From a virus, in UHGV virus genome UHGV-0185026: a stretch of 26,209 nucleotides of DNA; one strand, given 5' to 3'. Positions 17,362 through 26,189 of this stretch are shown here, one piece after another. A model generated the notes under the pieces. That model was not told the origin of the DNA and did no database searches. It saw nothing but the letters and a program-made list of their open reading frames with translations. The translations under genes and the position numbers were made by a program. Each line of letters starts with the position of its first letter. Within the stretch, counting starts at the first letter, position 1.

Positions 17362-17550
17362 TCAACTGATGACATCCATTGAGCGGTTGTATTCGTGAGT
17401 TCTGATTTTTGCCATGAGTTCATCAGTCAATTCAGAAACCCACTGCAGGGCCAGCCCCTTCTCTTCATCACTACACTCACTAGCCGCTACAAGCTTAAGA
17501 AAAAAATCAATGCGCTGGAGCTTCAAAGACTCCAAAAAATAGTCCTGCAT
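17362..17550 (-). CDS. Small protein upstream of the DinI-like gene, possible Tum-like antirepressor
   Basis: 62-aa ORF with a strong AGGAGG ribosome-binding site, about 40 nt downstream of a LexA-box-like palindrome. Its position corresponds to the 186 tum operon downstream of A. Confidence 0.35.
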   Translation of the reverse strand: MQDYFLESLKLQRIDFFLKLVAASECSDEEKGLALQWVSELTDELMAKIRTHEYNRSMDVIS

Positions 17551-17590
17551 CTTTCCTCCTATGACACCAAAGCAATACTGTATACATAAC

Positions 17591-17610
17591 CACTGTTTAT
17601 ATTTACAGTA
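17591..17610. promoter_or_regulatory. LexA (SOS) box CACTGTTTATATTTACAGTA
   Basis: CTGT-N8-ACAG with an AT-rich spacer, matching the LexA consensus at about 17 of 20 positions. Located in the promoter region of the small-protein/DinI-like operon. Confidence 0.6.
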
Positions 17611-17702
17611 TATAATAATCTTACTGATGTAAAACGTTTTTTTACGCTCATCAGCCTGATATGCCTGGTATTATTAAGAGCACGAATTGTTAACCCGCGT
17701 AA

Positions 17703-20117
17703 TTAATACAGGTTTCGCCACTTATCATCTTCCTGCAAACGCTGGTTCCGATAGAAGATACGCAGGCCTGCTCCTGACGGAATACTGCCTCCGCGAAGCA
17801 GTAAATCGACCTCTTTCTCGCTGCCATCAAATCCCCTGGACTTCAGTTCATACACGAGCTGCAGTCGCTGATGGTCTGTAATTCGCTGTTTGTAGTCTTT
17901 ACGCCGTTTCGGTTTCACCAGGCGTAACCTTGCTGCCAGTTCCCGGCGCTCTTTTTTGCTCATACTGTGCAGGTAATCGTGCAACTCCTTGTCATCCATG
18001 CGGGTGATATCCGTTCTGGTATCTCCATCAGCTGATTTGTCTTTCCCTTGTTGGTACAAATTTTCAGCAAGGGGACAGTTATTGCCACGAGTCCAAGGGG
18101 CGCAAGCGCCCTGGTCGGCTGCCGCCTCCTGAACGTCAACGGCTTTACGAACCATTTTCCACTTCACTGCATGAGTGCAGATCTTGCCCTCTGCAATGGG
18201 TGACCAGATGCCATAAATACGAATGCCGTGATCGCCATAGGCGGTCGGCTCTTCGTTGATTTCATAAGCGGTTCTGATGAGGTGATATTTACGGGGAACC
18301 AGTACGCCGCCCTGCTTCATGATGTAGGTGGCAAAACAACCAGCATCAGCAGCAGCCAGAATGGCATCAAGACGCGGGTTATCCAGTACCGGCGCACCTG
18401 CTTTTTTGTCACCCTGTTGCCTTGCCGCCTGACCAGCCAGCAAGCGAAGTTCACGGTAAGCCTGACGCCCCGGAATACCAAAGAAGCGGAATTGCTGAAC
18501 ACGATGCAGAGACGCCCAGGCATTCACGTATTCAGCGTTATCACGCAGAGATTTACCCGTTTCCTTGCTGATCTCGCCAGCCAGACCACGACCGTCAATG
18601 TTCTTACTGATATATTTCGCGATGTAGCTTGTCGGCGTTCCTTTGCGCGGGTTAATCAACTCAGACTTAAAGCGCGGCCCAGTGTTATTGCCCAGCTCCT
18701 CGCGGTCTTCACGGATGGCAAACTTACGCAGTAATGCAGTGATGGCACGGCGGTCTTTTTTGCGCATGAAACACAACAGGTGCCAGTGAACTGTGCCATC
18801 ATGATGCGGCTCAGCCACCCGCACGCCATACCAGCGCAACCCGGCTTTGTGCATCGCCTTACGAAATGCAGCAAACATGCCGACCAGATAATCGCTGCTT
18901 TGTCTTACCGTCGCGTTTGTCCAGGTCGGGTTTGGTCTGCCGTTATTTAGCGTGGAATGGAAACGCGACGGACAGGTGATAGTGTAGAAAACGGCGCAGT
19001 CACCGCGCATTTCCGCGATAAGCTCCAGACCTTTAACACAGGCCATCATCTCATTGCGGCGATGCGCAGGGTTGCTGCTGCTGGCGTTTACCACATCCTC
19101 CATGTCCAGCGTGTCGCCGTCTTCGTTCACCAGTTCATGAGAACGGAAAAACTCCAGCGACTTACGGCGCTGCTCACGTTTATGCATCACGGCTTCATAG
19201 CTGACATAAGGAGATGCTTTTTTGCTGACCAGGCAAACAGCGCGCAACTGCTCTTCCCGCCATTCGCAACGCATCTTCCATAATTTCCGATACCACCAGT
19301 CGGCGCACAACATACGCGCCAGCGAACCCGGAATGAGTTCATAGGGCACGGGTTTACGGCGGTTTCTTTTCCGACGAAGTTTCTCAAACGCAGGCGGGAT
19401 AACATCCAGACGCAGGGTTTCCGCAGCCACCTTTTCCCATGTCTTGCGGATTTCTTCTGGCTTAACGTCATCGGTGGCGTACAAATCACCACAAGCGGCC
19501 TCAAGACACATGCTCATATGCGCTGCTACCAGGGTGGACAGGCGTTTCACCTGATCCTGGCTCATTTCAGGCAGGATCAGCAGCCCCTCCAGTCCTTGAT
19601 GGCTTGCCATAAAACGGAAAGAAACAGATAGCTGACTGTCACGTACACAATCCAGTCGCTCCAGACATGGCTTAATCGTCTCACGCAAATAGCGGGAATA
19701 AGCCTTTGGCCTGCCCAGGCTGCTGAAGTATTCGATACGTTGCATCAGCGGCTTGCTGATATGAGAAGGCTGGGCGCTGACATCTGCCAGAATGACCATG
19801 TCCGGGTTAAAACGCTGCTGCTCATGCGCCAGCTTTGCCCGGCTAATGAGCTTATCCTGCTCCATTTCGCGCTGGACAGGATCACGGGATTCATTAAAGA
19901 AATAACGCTCCCAGACCTGCTCACTCAGTGCCTCGCGGCGCAGTTGTTCCTGCTCGTTATCGGCAGCGTACAGAGTGATCAGGTTTGAAAGTGCAGACTC
20001 CGGCGCAACTTCCGCCGGATCCAGATAAGGGTTAATGGCCTTTTTCGGGCCGTTCCATGAAAATGCTGCGGCAGCCTCGTTAAAGCCGCTAGAGTTGCTC
20101 ATATCGTCATGACTCAT
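17703..20117 (-). CDS. A: Replication initiation endonuclease gpA (rolling-circle initiator)
   Basis: 804-aa ORF containing [12 protein letters not shown] and HHDGTVHWH-type motifs characteristic of P2 gpA-family initiators. Confidence 0.9.
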   Translation of the reverse strand: MSHDDMSNSSGFNEAAAAFSWNGPKKAINPYLDPAEVAPESALSNLITLYAADNEQEQLRREALSEQVWERYFFNESRDPVQREMEQDKLISRAKLAHEQQRFNPDMVILADVSAQPSHISKPLMQRIEYFSSLGRPKAYSRYLRETIKPCLERLDCVRDSQLSVSFRFMASHQGLEGLLILPEMSQDQVKRLSTLVAAHMSMCLEAACGDLYATDDVKPEEIRKTWEKVAAETLRLDVIPPAFEKLRRKRNRRKPVPYELIPGSLARMLCADWWYRKLWKMRCEWREEQLRAVCLVSKKASPYVSYEAVMHKREQRRKSLEFFRSHELVNEDGDTLDMEDVVNASSSNPAHRRNEMMACVKGLELIAEMRGDCAVFYTITCPSRFHSTLNNGRPNPTWTNATVRQSSDYLVGMFAAFRKAMHKAGLRWYGVRVAEPHHDGTVHWHLLCFMRKKDRRAITALLRKFAIREDREELGNNTGPRFKSELINPRKGTPTSYIAKYISKNIDGRGLAGEISKETGKSLRDNAEYVNAWASLHRVQQFRFFGIPGRQAYRELRLLAGQAARQQGDKKAGAPVLDNPRLDAILAAADAGCFATYIMKQGGVLVPRKYHLIRTAYEINEEPTAYGDHGIRIYGIWSPIAEGKICTHAVKWKMVRKAVDVQEAAADQGACAPWTRGNNCPLAENLYQQGKDKSADGDTRTDITRMDDKELHDYLHSMSKKERRELAARLRLVKPKRRKDYKQRITDHQRLQLVYELKSRGFDGSEKEVDLLLRGGSIPSGAGLRIFYRNQRLQEDDKWRNLY

Positions 20118-20971
20118 ACACGCACCTCGTACACAGCAAAACTATCCACGCCACGCGAAGGATCAAATCCCATCCAGCAGCGCGACCCGGAAACAGCAAT
20201 GATTTCTGTTGCAGATTTACTCTCGCCAGCTGACACGCCGATGCTGCGTTTTGCCTTGATGTAGTGGTGAGTGAAATTGCGATACAGCGAACGGATCAGG
20301 GATGTGTCACTGTTAGAAACAATGACCGGATGACCTTCTGATGATCGATATTCAAGAACGGATGCCAGGTGATACTGGTCATCTTCAGTGAAGCCGTCAG
20401 TGTGATAACCGGAAAACGTGCCGTCATACGGCGGATCGCAATACACCACATCCCCCGCCTTCAACATCGCCAGCGTTTCATCAAAGCTGGCGCAGATAAA
20501 CGTTGCTCGCTGGGCCTTTTCTGCAAATGCGCGAATTTCTTTTTCAGGGAAATACGGATTTTTATAATTACCGTAGGGAATGTTGAAATGCCCGCTCTTG
20601 TTATAGCGACATAAACCACGGTAACCGTGACGATTGAGATACAGGAAATATACCGCTTTCATGAAATCAGTAATTTCAGTTGAGTAATTAAACTCCTGCC
20701 TTATGTTGTAATAAGCTAGATCACTGTTTGCTTCCTCAAACAAAGTTCTGGTCCGCGATATAAACGCCTCGCAATCAGCGGCAATCTTTTTATAGAGGTT
20801 GATTAAATCAGGATTAATATCCGCAACCAGATAGCTGGGGTAATCCGTCTCCATCATCACAGCACAGGAACCCGCGAAAGGTTCAACCAGTCGCGGGCCA
20901 GCAGGTAGGTATTTTTTCAGTTCGGACATAATTGCGGTTTTATTTCCCGCCCATTTCAGGATGGTGCTCAT
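20114..20971 (-). CDS. dam: DNA adenine methyltransferase (Dam family, GATC-type)
   Basis: ORF 20114..21031; start placed at [11 protein letters not shown]. Contains [33 protein letters not shown] and DPPY motifs, near colinear with E. coli Dam. Its stop overlaps the A start (ATGA). Confidence 0.85.
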   Translation of the reverse strand: MSTILKWAGNKTAIMSELKKYLPAGPRLVEPFAGSCAVMMETDYPSYLVADINPDLINLYKKIAADCEAFISRTRTLFEEANSDLAYYNIRQEFNYSTEITDFMKAVYFLYLNRHGYRGLCRYNKSGHFNIPYGNYKNPYFPEKEIRAFAEKAQRATFICASFDETLAMLKAGDVVYCDPPYDGTFSGYHTDGFTEDDQYHLASVLEYRSSEGHPVIVSNSDTSLIRSLYRNFTHHYIKAKRSIGVSAGESKSATEIIAVSGSRCWMGFDPSRGVDSFAVYEVRV

Positions 20972-21195
20972 ACAGCACCTCCGTTGTAATGTTTGCCTTT
21001 CAGCTCTGCGATTTCCTGACAGGTAATGCAAAGCTGCACTCCAGGAATGGCACGGCGGCGTGCTGGCGGAATTGGTGCTTCACATTCAATGCAAAGCACG
21101 CGAGACACGCCCGGTGTTTTGGCACGGGCAGCACGGATATGGCGCTGGCGTTCTTCTTCAACGCGCTGCTGTACGAGATCCATTGCATCAGCCAT
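20968..21195 (-). CDS. TraR/DksA-family C4 zinc-finger protein
   Basis: 75 aa with CIECEAPIP...CITCQ (Cys4); its stop overlaps the Dam start. Confidence 0.7.
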   Translation of the reverse strand: MADAMDLVQQRVEEERQRHIRAARAKTPGVSRVLCIECEAPIPPARRRAIPGVQLCITCQEIAELKGKHYNGGAV

Positions 21196-21434
21196 TAGTG
21201 GATCTCCTGCGCTTCGTTCTGGATTGCTTCAGCGGTCACACGCAGCAGTTCTGCTGCTTCGACGTGGTTTAGCTGGCGGGATGTGATATGACACGCCAGG
21301 CTATCAAGGCGGGCAGCCATTGCCTCAGCCCTTGCCCGACGTTCTTCAAGTCGGGCCTCTGTCAGTAAAAGATTAAGACCTGCATCATCCGGTCCGGTTT
21401 TAGTCGTGAGGGTTTCAATATTACGCATAATCAA
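21195..21434 (-). CDS. Hypothetical early-region protein
   Basis: 79-aa ORF whose stop overlaps the start of the TraR-like gene by one nucleotide (TAATG); small charged helical protein. Confidence 0.5.
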   Translation of the reverse strand: MIMRNIETLTTKTGPDDAGLNLLLTEARLEERRARAEAMAARLDSLACHITSRQLNHVEAAELLRVTAEAIQNEAQEIH

Positions 21435-21495
21435 TTCTCCTGAATTTAGATAAAGGGATGCCCGGCGGGTTTACGCCATGAATTTTATTTATTGG

Positions 21496-21837
21496 TTAAT
21501 TCGGCATGGTTAGCCGTCTGGGAAATAAGCTCACCACTGCACGAAAATGATTCATTGCTTTAATCAACTCCCGCTTTTCGTCAGTGGTCAGCTCATTAAT
21601 GCTGATGCTATGACGTTCAGCTGGAATTTTTGCCATAAAGAATATGGCAGCCAGTGCTCGTTTATTTTGTTCGTTATTGATATCCCGTGGATCACGCATA
21701 TCTTTAATAAACCGCTCAAGCTCTGACTCAATATTCAGGCCAAATACTTTCGCCCTTAACTCCGCAATGTGATTAAGTCCATTCAGGCGTTCACCGGGGC
21801 TTAATGGAACAGTCGCCGCAGCGCCATTAATTGCCAT
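21496..21837 (-). CDS. Hypothetical early-region protein
   Basis: 113-aa ORF in the early leftward operon between cII and A; no recognisable motif. Confidence 0.45.
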   Translation of the reverse strand: MAINGAAATVPLSPGERLNGLNHIAELRAKVFGLNIESELERFIKDMRDPRDINNEQNKRALAAIFFMAKIPAERHSISINELTTDEKRELIKAMNHFRAVVSLFPRRLTMPN

Positions 21838-21859
21838 AATTCATATCCCCAAAACGCAA

Positions 21860-22084
21860 CTATCGTTCTTTGTTCTTACGGTAACGTTCAAGAGGAGATA
21901 CATTTTTTCGTATCGTTTCTTTAACCTGCTCTCCCCGTAAAAACGTCCCATCCCTTAGCGTGAAAAAGTAACTGCCATGGCCCGACAACGACGGATAACA
22001 ACAGAGCAAATCATCTTCAGGTACTGAATAACTCTCCCCTCTGTAACGAAACTGATAAACCACTTCACTTTCCGCTGCATACAT
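21860..22084 (-). CDS. Hypothetical small early protein (competes with the overlapping alternative ORF 21955..22281)
   Basis: 74-aa ORF with an ATG start; it overlaps a 108-aa ORF in another frame, so only one of the two is likely real. Confidence 0.3.
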   Translation of the reverse strand: MYAAESEVVYQFRYRGESYSVPEDDLLCCYPSLSGHGSYFFTLRDGTFLRGEQVKETIRKNVSPLERYRKNKER

Positions 22085-22258
22085 TTTGACTTTCTCCGTT
22101 TCCTCGTGGTCAATTCAGACAGCAATTCATCTTGTGAATGACATGGATGCCAGCGTTTACCATCCTCACCCATGATCCAGCCGTGACCGTAGTGCATTGC
22201 CGGGCTTTGTTTTACCAGCAGCGATGCAAATGATGGTTCTTTCGTCAGCATAAGCACC

Positions 22259-22774
22259 TCACAGCAAACCGAATGAAGCACCGAGGCCAGTCACGGTATC
22301 AACTGCACTCGCCATCGCAGGATTAGCCTGTAAACGGGCCTGCAATGAAACAGCAGCCAACGCCATCAGTCGTGTAACAGAGTTAATGCTGCTGATCGCA
22401 TCACGACGGCCTGCACTGGTTTTTACATCGCCAGATACCGCACCTGCAGCAACACGCCCGATCTCTGCGGTTGCACTCATGACGTAATGTGGCAGTTTCT
22501 CTTTTGCCACCTCATTAATCGGTACACATGGCAGACAATGAATCTGTGCCAGAAAACCATCTACCAGCGTTGAATCTTCAGTCAGATCGGTAAGCAGCCA
22601 GATTTCTGGTGCGGTTAATAAATGAGGTTGAGCTGGGTTCAGCTTGTTCCGCAGAATCTGCACATTCATGCCAGCACGTTCTGCCAGTTGCACCAGGTTG
22701 TGGCGCAATGCGAATGCACGACAGGCTTCATCAAAATGTGGATGTTTGGAAACTTGGTAATCAAACATGGTCAA
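22259..22774 (-). CDS. cII: CII-like lysogeny-establishment regulator (phage 186 CII family)
   Basis: 171-aa [29 protein letters not shown]...[25 protein letters not shown]...GASFGLL, which I recognise as closely resembling the 186 CII pattern. Confidence 0.75.
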   Translation of the reverse strand: MTMFDYQVSKHPHFDEACRAFALRHNLVQLAERAGMNVQILRNKLNPAQPHLLTAPEIWLLTDLTEDSTLVDGFLAQIHCLPCVPINEVAKEKLPHYVMSATAEIGRVAAGAVSGDVKTSAGRRDAISSINSVTRLMALAAVSLQARLQANPAMASAVDTVTGLGASFGLL

Positions 22775-22800
22775 TGCCTCTGATGTATCTCAGAATCGAA

Positions 22801-23022
22801 CTAATTAAGGTTTAGATTGCATTCTGAAAGCGCATCAACGGTCATTGCTGCTATGTTGATCATCACTTTTTCGCGTTTTTTATCTTTGCGCAGACGGTGA
22901 CGGATAAGGCGTCCATCAGCCAACATGTCATTGATGGTATCGATGGATAGCCCTGTCAGCTCGCTATAGCGTTCAATAGTCACATGAGGCGTGGTAAGAG
23001 TGATTGAAATGTTAGGTCTCAT
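22801..23022 (-). CDS. apl: Apl/Cox-type excisionase and lytic-switch regulator
   Basis: 73-aa helix-turn-helix protein, first gene of the leftward early operon, divergent from cI. Confidence 0.55.
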   Translation of the reverse strand: MRPNISITLTTPHVTIERYSELTGLSIDTINDMLADGRLIRHRLRKDKKREKVMINIAAMTVDALSECNLNLN

Positions 23023-23147
23023 GATGCAACATTCCTCGTTTAATGATGATTAATCAGGACGAATACGGATCGTTTGTATTTTGTGAACACCATAAACATA
23101 CGATCGCACAGTGAAATCGTCAAGATAAAAGTTCACTTGGAGTGACC
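23023..23147. promoter_or_regulatory. Lysis-lysogeny switch region between divergent apl and cI (expected face-to-face promoters and operators)
   Basis: 125-bp intergenic region between the divergent regulators; contains short repeated ATACGGATCG/ATACGATCGC elements with GATC sites. Individual promoter hexamers were not resolved. Confidence 0.5.
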
Positions 23148-23717
23148 ATGAATTTGGAGAAAGGCGGACGAGGCGCTATAGAGCGCATGGTAGAAGCTTA
23201 TGGATTCAAGACTCGACAGGCGTTGTGCGATCATTTAGGAATCTCTAAAAGTACACTCGCCACACGCTACATGCGTGACTCATTCCCAGCAGAATGGGTA
23301 ATCCAGTGCGCCCTTGAAACAGGCACCTCGCTTAATTGGCTCACAACCGGGCATGGTTCAAAGCAAACTTCAGGTAATACAAATACTATGGAAGTTGCTA
23401 AATATGTATTATCTGATGGGGCCTTGTGTGAAGACGGTTTTTATATTTTCGATAGAGAATTTCTACCGTCGACATTCAAGAATCTTTTTGTAATCACAGA
23501 TAATAATTCTGAATTTATTTGTGATAAGGAATTTGATGATATACGTGATGGTAAATGGGTAATAAGTATTGATGGCGAAATAACGATCCGTGACATTACT
23601 CGTTTACCCGGTGGAAGAATCTTCGTCGAGGGTGGAAACAGAGCCTTCGAATGCAAGATAGAAGACATTGAAATAATTGGTAAAATTATAAGTTTAACAG
23701 TCAAGTATGTTAAATAG
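23148..23717 (+). CDS. cI: CI-like immunity repressor (186 CI family)
   Basis: ORF 23142..23717; ATG at 23148 preceded by a GGAG ribosome-binding site. N-terminal helix-turn-helix (LCDHLGISKSTLATRYMR) and the ALETGTSLNWLTTGHG segment match the 186 CI pattern. Confidence 0.8.
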   Translation: MNLEKGGRGAIERMVEAYGFKTRQALCDHLGISKSTLATRYMRDSFPAEWVIQCALETGTSLNWLTTGHGSKQTSGNTNTMEVAKYVLSDGALCEDGFYIFDREFLPSTFKNLFVITDNNSEFICDKEFDDIRDGKWVISIDGEITIRDITRLPGGRIFVEGGNRAFECKIEDIEIIGKIISLTVKYVK

Positions 23718-23732
23718 TACCGGGAGGAAATT

Positions 23733-23924
23733 ATGCTTGGTAAGGTATTTTTTGTGGTTTTGTCATGTTCTTTGTTATTAAACCCACTAGCTACCTATGC
23801 TAGAAATTATCCCTGCTCAGGGAAAAAGGGAGGTGTTTCTCACTGTACCTCTGATGGCAAATTCGTTTGCAATGATGGAACTATTAGTAAATCCAAAAAA
23901 ATCTGTACTAAAAACTCACGATAA
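23733..23924 (+). CDS. Small secreted or lipid-anchored Cys/Lys-rich protein (candidate lysogenic-conversion moron)
   Basis: 63-aa ORF with a strong GGGAGGA ribosome-binding site, an N-terminal signal peptide ([18 protein letters not shown]) and a mature part with four Cys and many Lys. Lies between cI and int. Confidence 0.5.
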   Translation: MLGKVFFVVLSCSLLLNPLATYARNYPCSGKKGGVSHCTSDGKFVCNDGTISKSKKICTKNSR

Positions 23925-24112
23925 CTTTTGCTTTTATATCTGCGCCTAAAATAAAAATGAGCCACAGGTTAACCGCAAAAGTTACATGCTCACATAGCAA
24001 AAAGAATAGCCTACTTCATTATGGCTTCAGTGAGATGTATGGTCGCAGGATTTCATACATTGACACTGGTTATACATACAGTAAAAATGCTCTCTATTGG
24101 AGGGCATTTTTT

Positions 24113-25144
24113 ATGGCTGTACGAAAACTCACCACAGGAAAATGGCTTTGCGAATGTTACCCCGCCGGACGTAGTGGGCGTCGTGTGCGTAAACAATTCG
24201 CCACCAAAGGCGAAGCACTGGCTTTTGAGCGTCACACGATGGAAGAAACCGAAGCAAAGCCCTGGCTGGGTGAATCAGTGGATCGTCGAACACTGAAAGA
24301 CGTGGTTGAGCTATGGTTCAAACTACATGGTAAATCACTGACTGCTGGGCAGCATGTCTATGACAAATTGCTGCTGATGGTTGACGCTCTGGGCAATCCC
24401 CTTGCAACTGATCTCACATCTAAAATGTTTGCCCACTATCGAGATAAACGCCTGACAGGTGAGATCTACTTCAGCGAGAAATGGAAGAAAGGAGCAAGCC
24501 CGGTCACCATTAACCTGGAGCAAAGCTATCTAAGTAGTGTTTTTAGCGAACTATCCCGCCTGGGCGAATGGTCGTATCCGAACCCACTGGAGAACATGCG
24601 AAAATTCACCATCGCAGAAAAAGAGATGGCATGGCTTACCCATGAGCAGATTGTTGAATTGCTGGCTGATTGCAAACGACAGGACCCAATTCTGGCACTG
24701 GTAGTTAAGATATGCTTAAGCACAGGCGCACGTTGGCGTGAAGCCGTAAATCTTACCCGCTCACAGGTGACCAAATACCGAATTACCTTTGTAAGAACGA
24801 AGGGGAAGAAAAACAGAAGCATCCCTATCAGTAAAGAGCTTTACGAAGAGATCATGGCGCTTGATGGGTTCAATTTCTTTACAGACTGCTATTTTCAATT
24901 TTTATCCGTGATGGAAAAAACGTCTATCGTGCTCCCTCGCGGTCAACTGACACACGTTCTGCGCCATACGTTTGCGGCGCACTTCATGATGTCGGGTGGA
25001 AATATCCTGGCCTTACAAAAAATTCTCGGGCATCACGATATAAAAATGACTATGCGTTACGCACATCTGGCACCGGATCACCTGGAAACTGCATTACGGT
25101 TTAATCCGCTGGCAACACTACCAACATCAATAGCAAGTTTTTGA
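24113..25144 (+). CDS. int: Tyrosine integrase (P2/186 Int family)
   Basis: ORF 23957..25144; start placed at MAVRKLTTGKW with a GGAGGG ribosome-binding site. C-terminal catalytic region HVLRHTFAAHFMMSGGNILALQKILGHHDIKMTMRYAHL. Confidence 0.9.
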   Translation: MAVRKLTTGKWLCECYPAGRSGRRVRKQFATKGEALAFERHTMEETEAKPWLGESVDRRTLKDVVELWFKLHGKSLTAGQHVYDKLLLMVDALGNPLATDLTSKMFAHYRDKRLTGEIYFSEKWKKGASPVTINLEQSYLSSVFSELSRLGEWSYPNPLENMRKFTIAEKEMAWLTHEQIVELLADCKRQDPILALVVKICLSTGARWREAVNLTRSQVTKYRITFVRTKGKKNRSIPISKELYEEIMALDGFNFFTDCYFQFLSVMEKTSIVLPRGQLTHVLRHTFAAHFMMSGGNILALQKILGHHDIKMTMRYAHLAPDHLETALRFNPLATLPTSIASF

Positions 25145-25202
25145 AAATGCGTATTTTGCCCTGTTGAGCTAATATTCTTTTTTTTCACATGGAGCACTAT
25201 CA

Positions 25203-25472
25203 ATGAATAAGTTTCAGCATCAGGGAGCGGAATTGCGCAACAGAGCCAAAGAATTGGCTTTATCCGTACTTAAAACTCACCCAGATGCCCAAAAAAACGG
25301 CAACGGCGTTAAGCAAGCTGAGGTATTTCGTCTAAGCGGCCTCGATTGGGGAGAAAAACGGAAAGCAACAAGTTCGAACCAACAATATTGGGTTGTTGCA
25401 CTATTGCGTGAACTAGAAGAGGAGGGGTTAGTCGAACAGATTGAAGATAGAGGCCCCTGGCGTCTAAGGTAA
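25203..25472 (+). CDS. Hypothetical small protein (possible winged-helix) at the prophage-host junction; phage or host origin unresolved
   Basis: 89-aa ORF with a GGAG ribosome-binding site, followed by a terminator hairpin. Confidence 0.4.
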   Translation: MNKFQHQGAELRNRAKELALSVLKTHPDAQKNGNGVKQAEVFRLSGLDWGEKRKATSSNQQYWVVALLRELEEEGLVEQIEDRGPWRLR

Positions 25473-25541
25473 AACAAGTGGCGACAAAGTGGCGGCAGCG
25501 GTTGGCATTACCCCGTAATAACCACCACTGACCACCAACCC

Positions 25542-25573
25542 AACTTATTGTTTTTACTCTAACTTATTGTTTT
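25542..25573. repeat. Two direct copies of AACTTATTGTTTT, 19 bp apart (possible att or Int arm-site region)
   Basis: Direct repeat seen between the int-side genes and the host TetR gene. Coordinates approximate. Confidence 0.3.
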
Positions 25574-25577
25574 CATT

Positions 25578-25606
25578 AACCCATTTACATAAATGGGTTT
25601 TTTGTT
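25578..25606 (+). terminator. Rho-independent terminator
   Basis: Perfect hairpin AACCCATTTAC-ATAAATGGGTT followed by a T-run on the plus strand. Confidence 0.5.
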
Positions 25607-25622
25607 ATCTAAAATTTATCTA

Positions 25623-26189
25623 CTACCCTGCAACCCTCTCAACCATCCTCAAAATCTCCTCGCGCGATAGCGGCTTACGGTCGGTGACAAAATGCAGCGT
25701 CATCCCCTCAATAAACGCATCAAGCGCGCGGGCGGTTCCGGGTTCAAACCATTGTTCGAGCGTTTGCTGACTGCGCTGCATCCAGTTTTGCATTACCGTT
25801 TTTAATAGCGGTTTTCGGCTAGCCAGCGCGTAGAGCTGGTACATCAGCTCCATGTTATCCGGCGTTGCAACCTGTGAGCTGTAGATCATATCGGTGATAG
25901 CCTGGCATGCGCCTTGAGCATCACTAACATCGCTAAAAAATGCCTGATATTGCCGGGACATAATCTCAGTAAAACTGCTGAACGCCTCCAGCAACAACTC
26001 ATCAATTCCTGAAAAATAGTAGGTCATCGATCCCAACGGTACCTCGGCAAGGGTAGCAATTTTGCGGTGCGTAACAGCATGTATTCCGTAAAGTTTCACC
26101 GCCTCCAGCGTGGCCTGGATAATTTTTTCTCGCCGTTGCGGATCGTTAGCGCGACGCATGTCATTTCCTCTGTCTGCAATTGTGTACAA
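25623..26189 (-). CDS. TetR/AcrR-family transcriptional regulator (host gene flanking the prophage)
   Basis: 188 aa with an N-terminal TetR-type helix-turn-helix ([40 protein letters not shown]); composition differs from the adjacent phage DNA. Confidence 0.8.
   Translation of the reverse strand: MYTIADRGNDMRRANDPQRREKIIQATLEAVKLYGIHAVTHRKIATLAEVPLGSMTYYFSGIDELLLEAFSSFTEIMSRQYQAFFSDVSDAQGACQAITDMIYSSQVATPDNMELMYQLYALASRKPLLKTVMQNWMQRSQQTLEQWFEPGTARALDAFIEGMTLHFVTDRKPLSREEILRMVERVAG

Larger units (their letters stand above)
1..25610. mobile_element. P2/186-family temperate myophage prophage, portion from tail-fibre gene H through integrase; the other prophage end lies outside the window
   Basis: Colinear P2-type gene order H-I-J-W-V-S-R-lysCBA-K-Y-X-L-M-N-O on the minus strand, divergent P-Q, replication gene A, 186-type cII/apl/cI module and tyrosine integrase adjacent to a host TetR-family gene. 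The right boundary is approximate. Confidence 0.9.

Noticed and set aside
18228-18734. Plus-strand 168-aa ORF
   Set aside because: Antisense to replication gene A.
25473-25622. tRNA gene as integration target next to int
   Set aside because: No cloverleaf-compatible sequence or conserved T-loop/anticodon-arm pattern was recognisable in the int-distal intergenic region.
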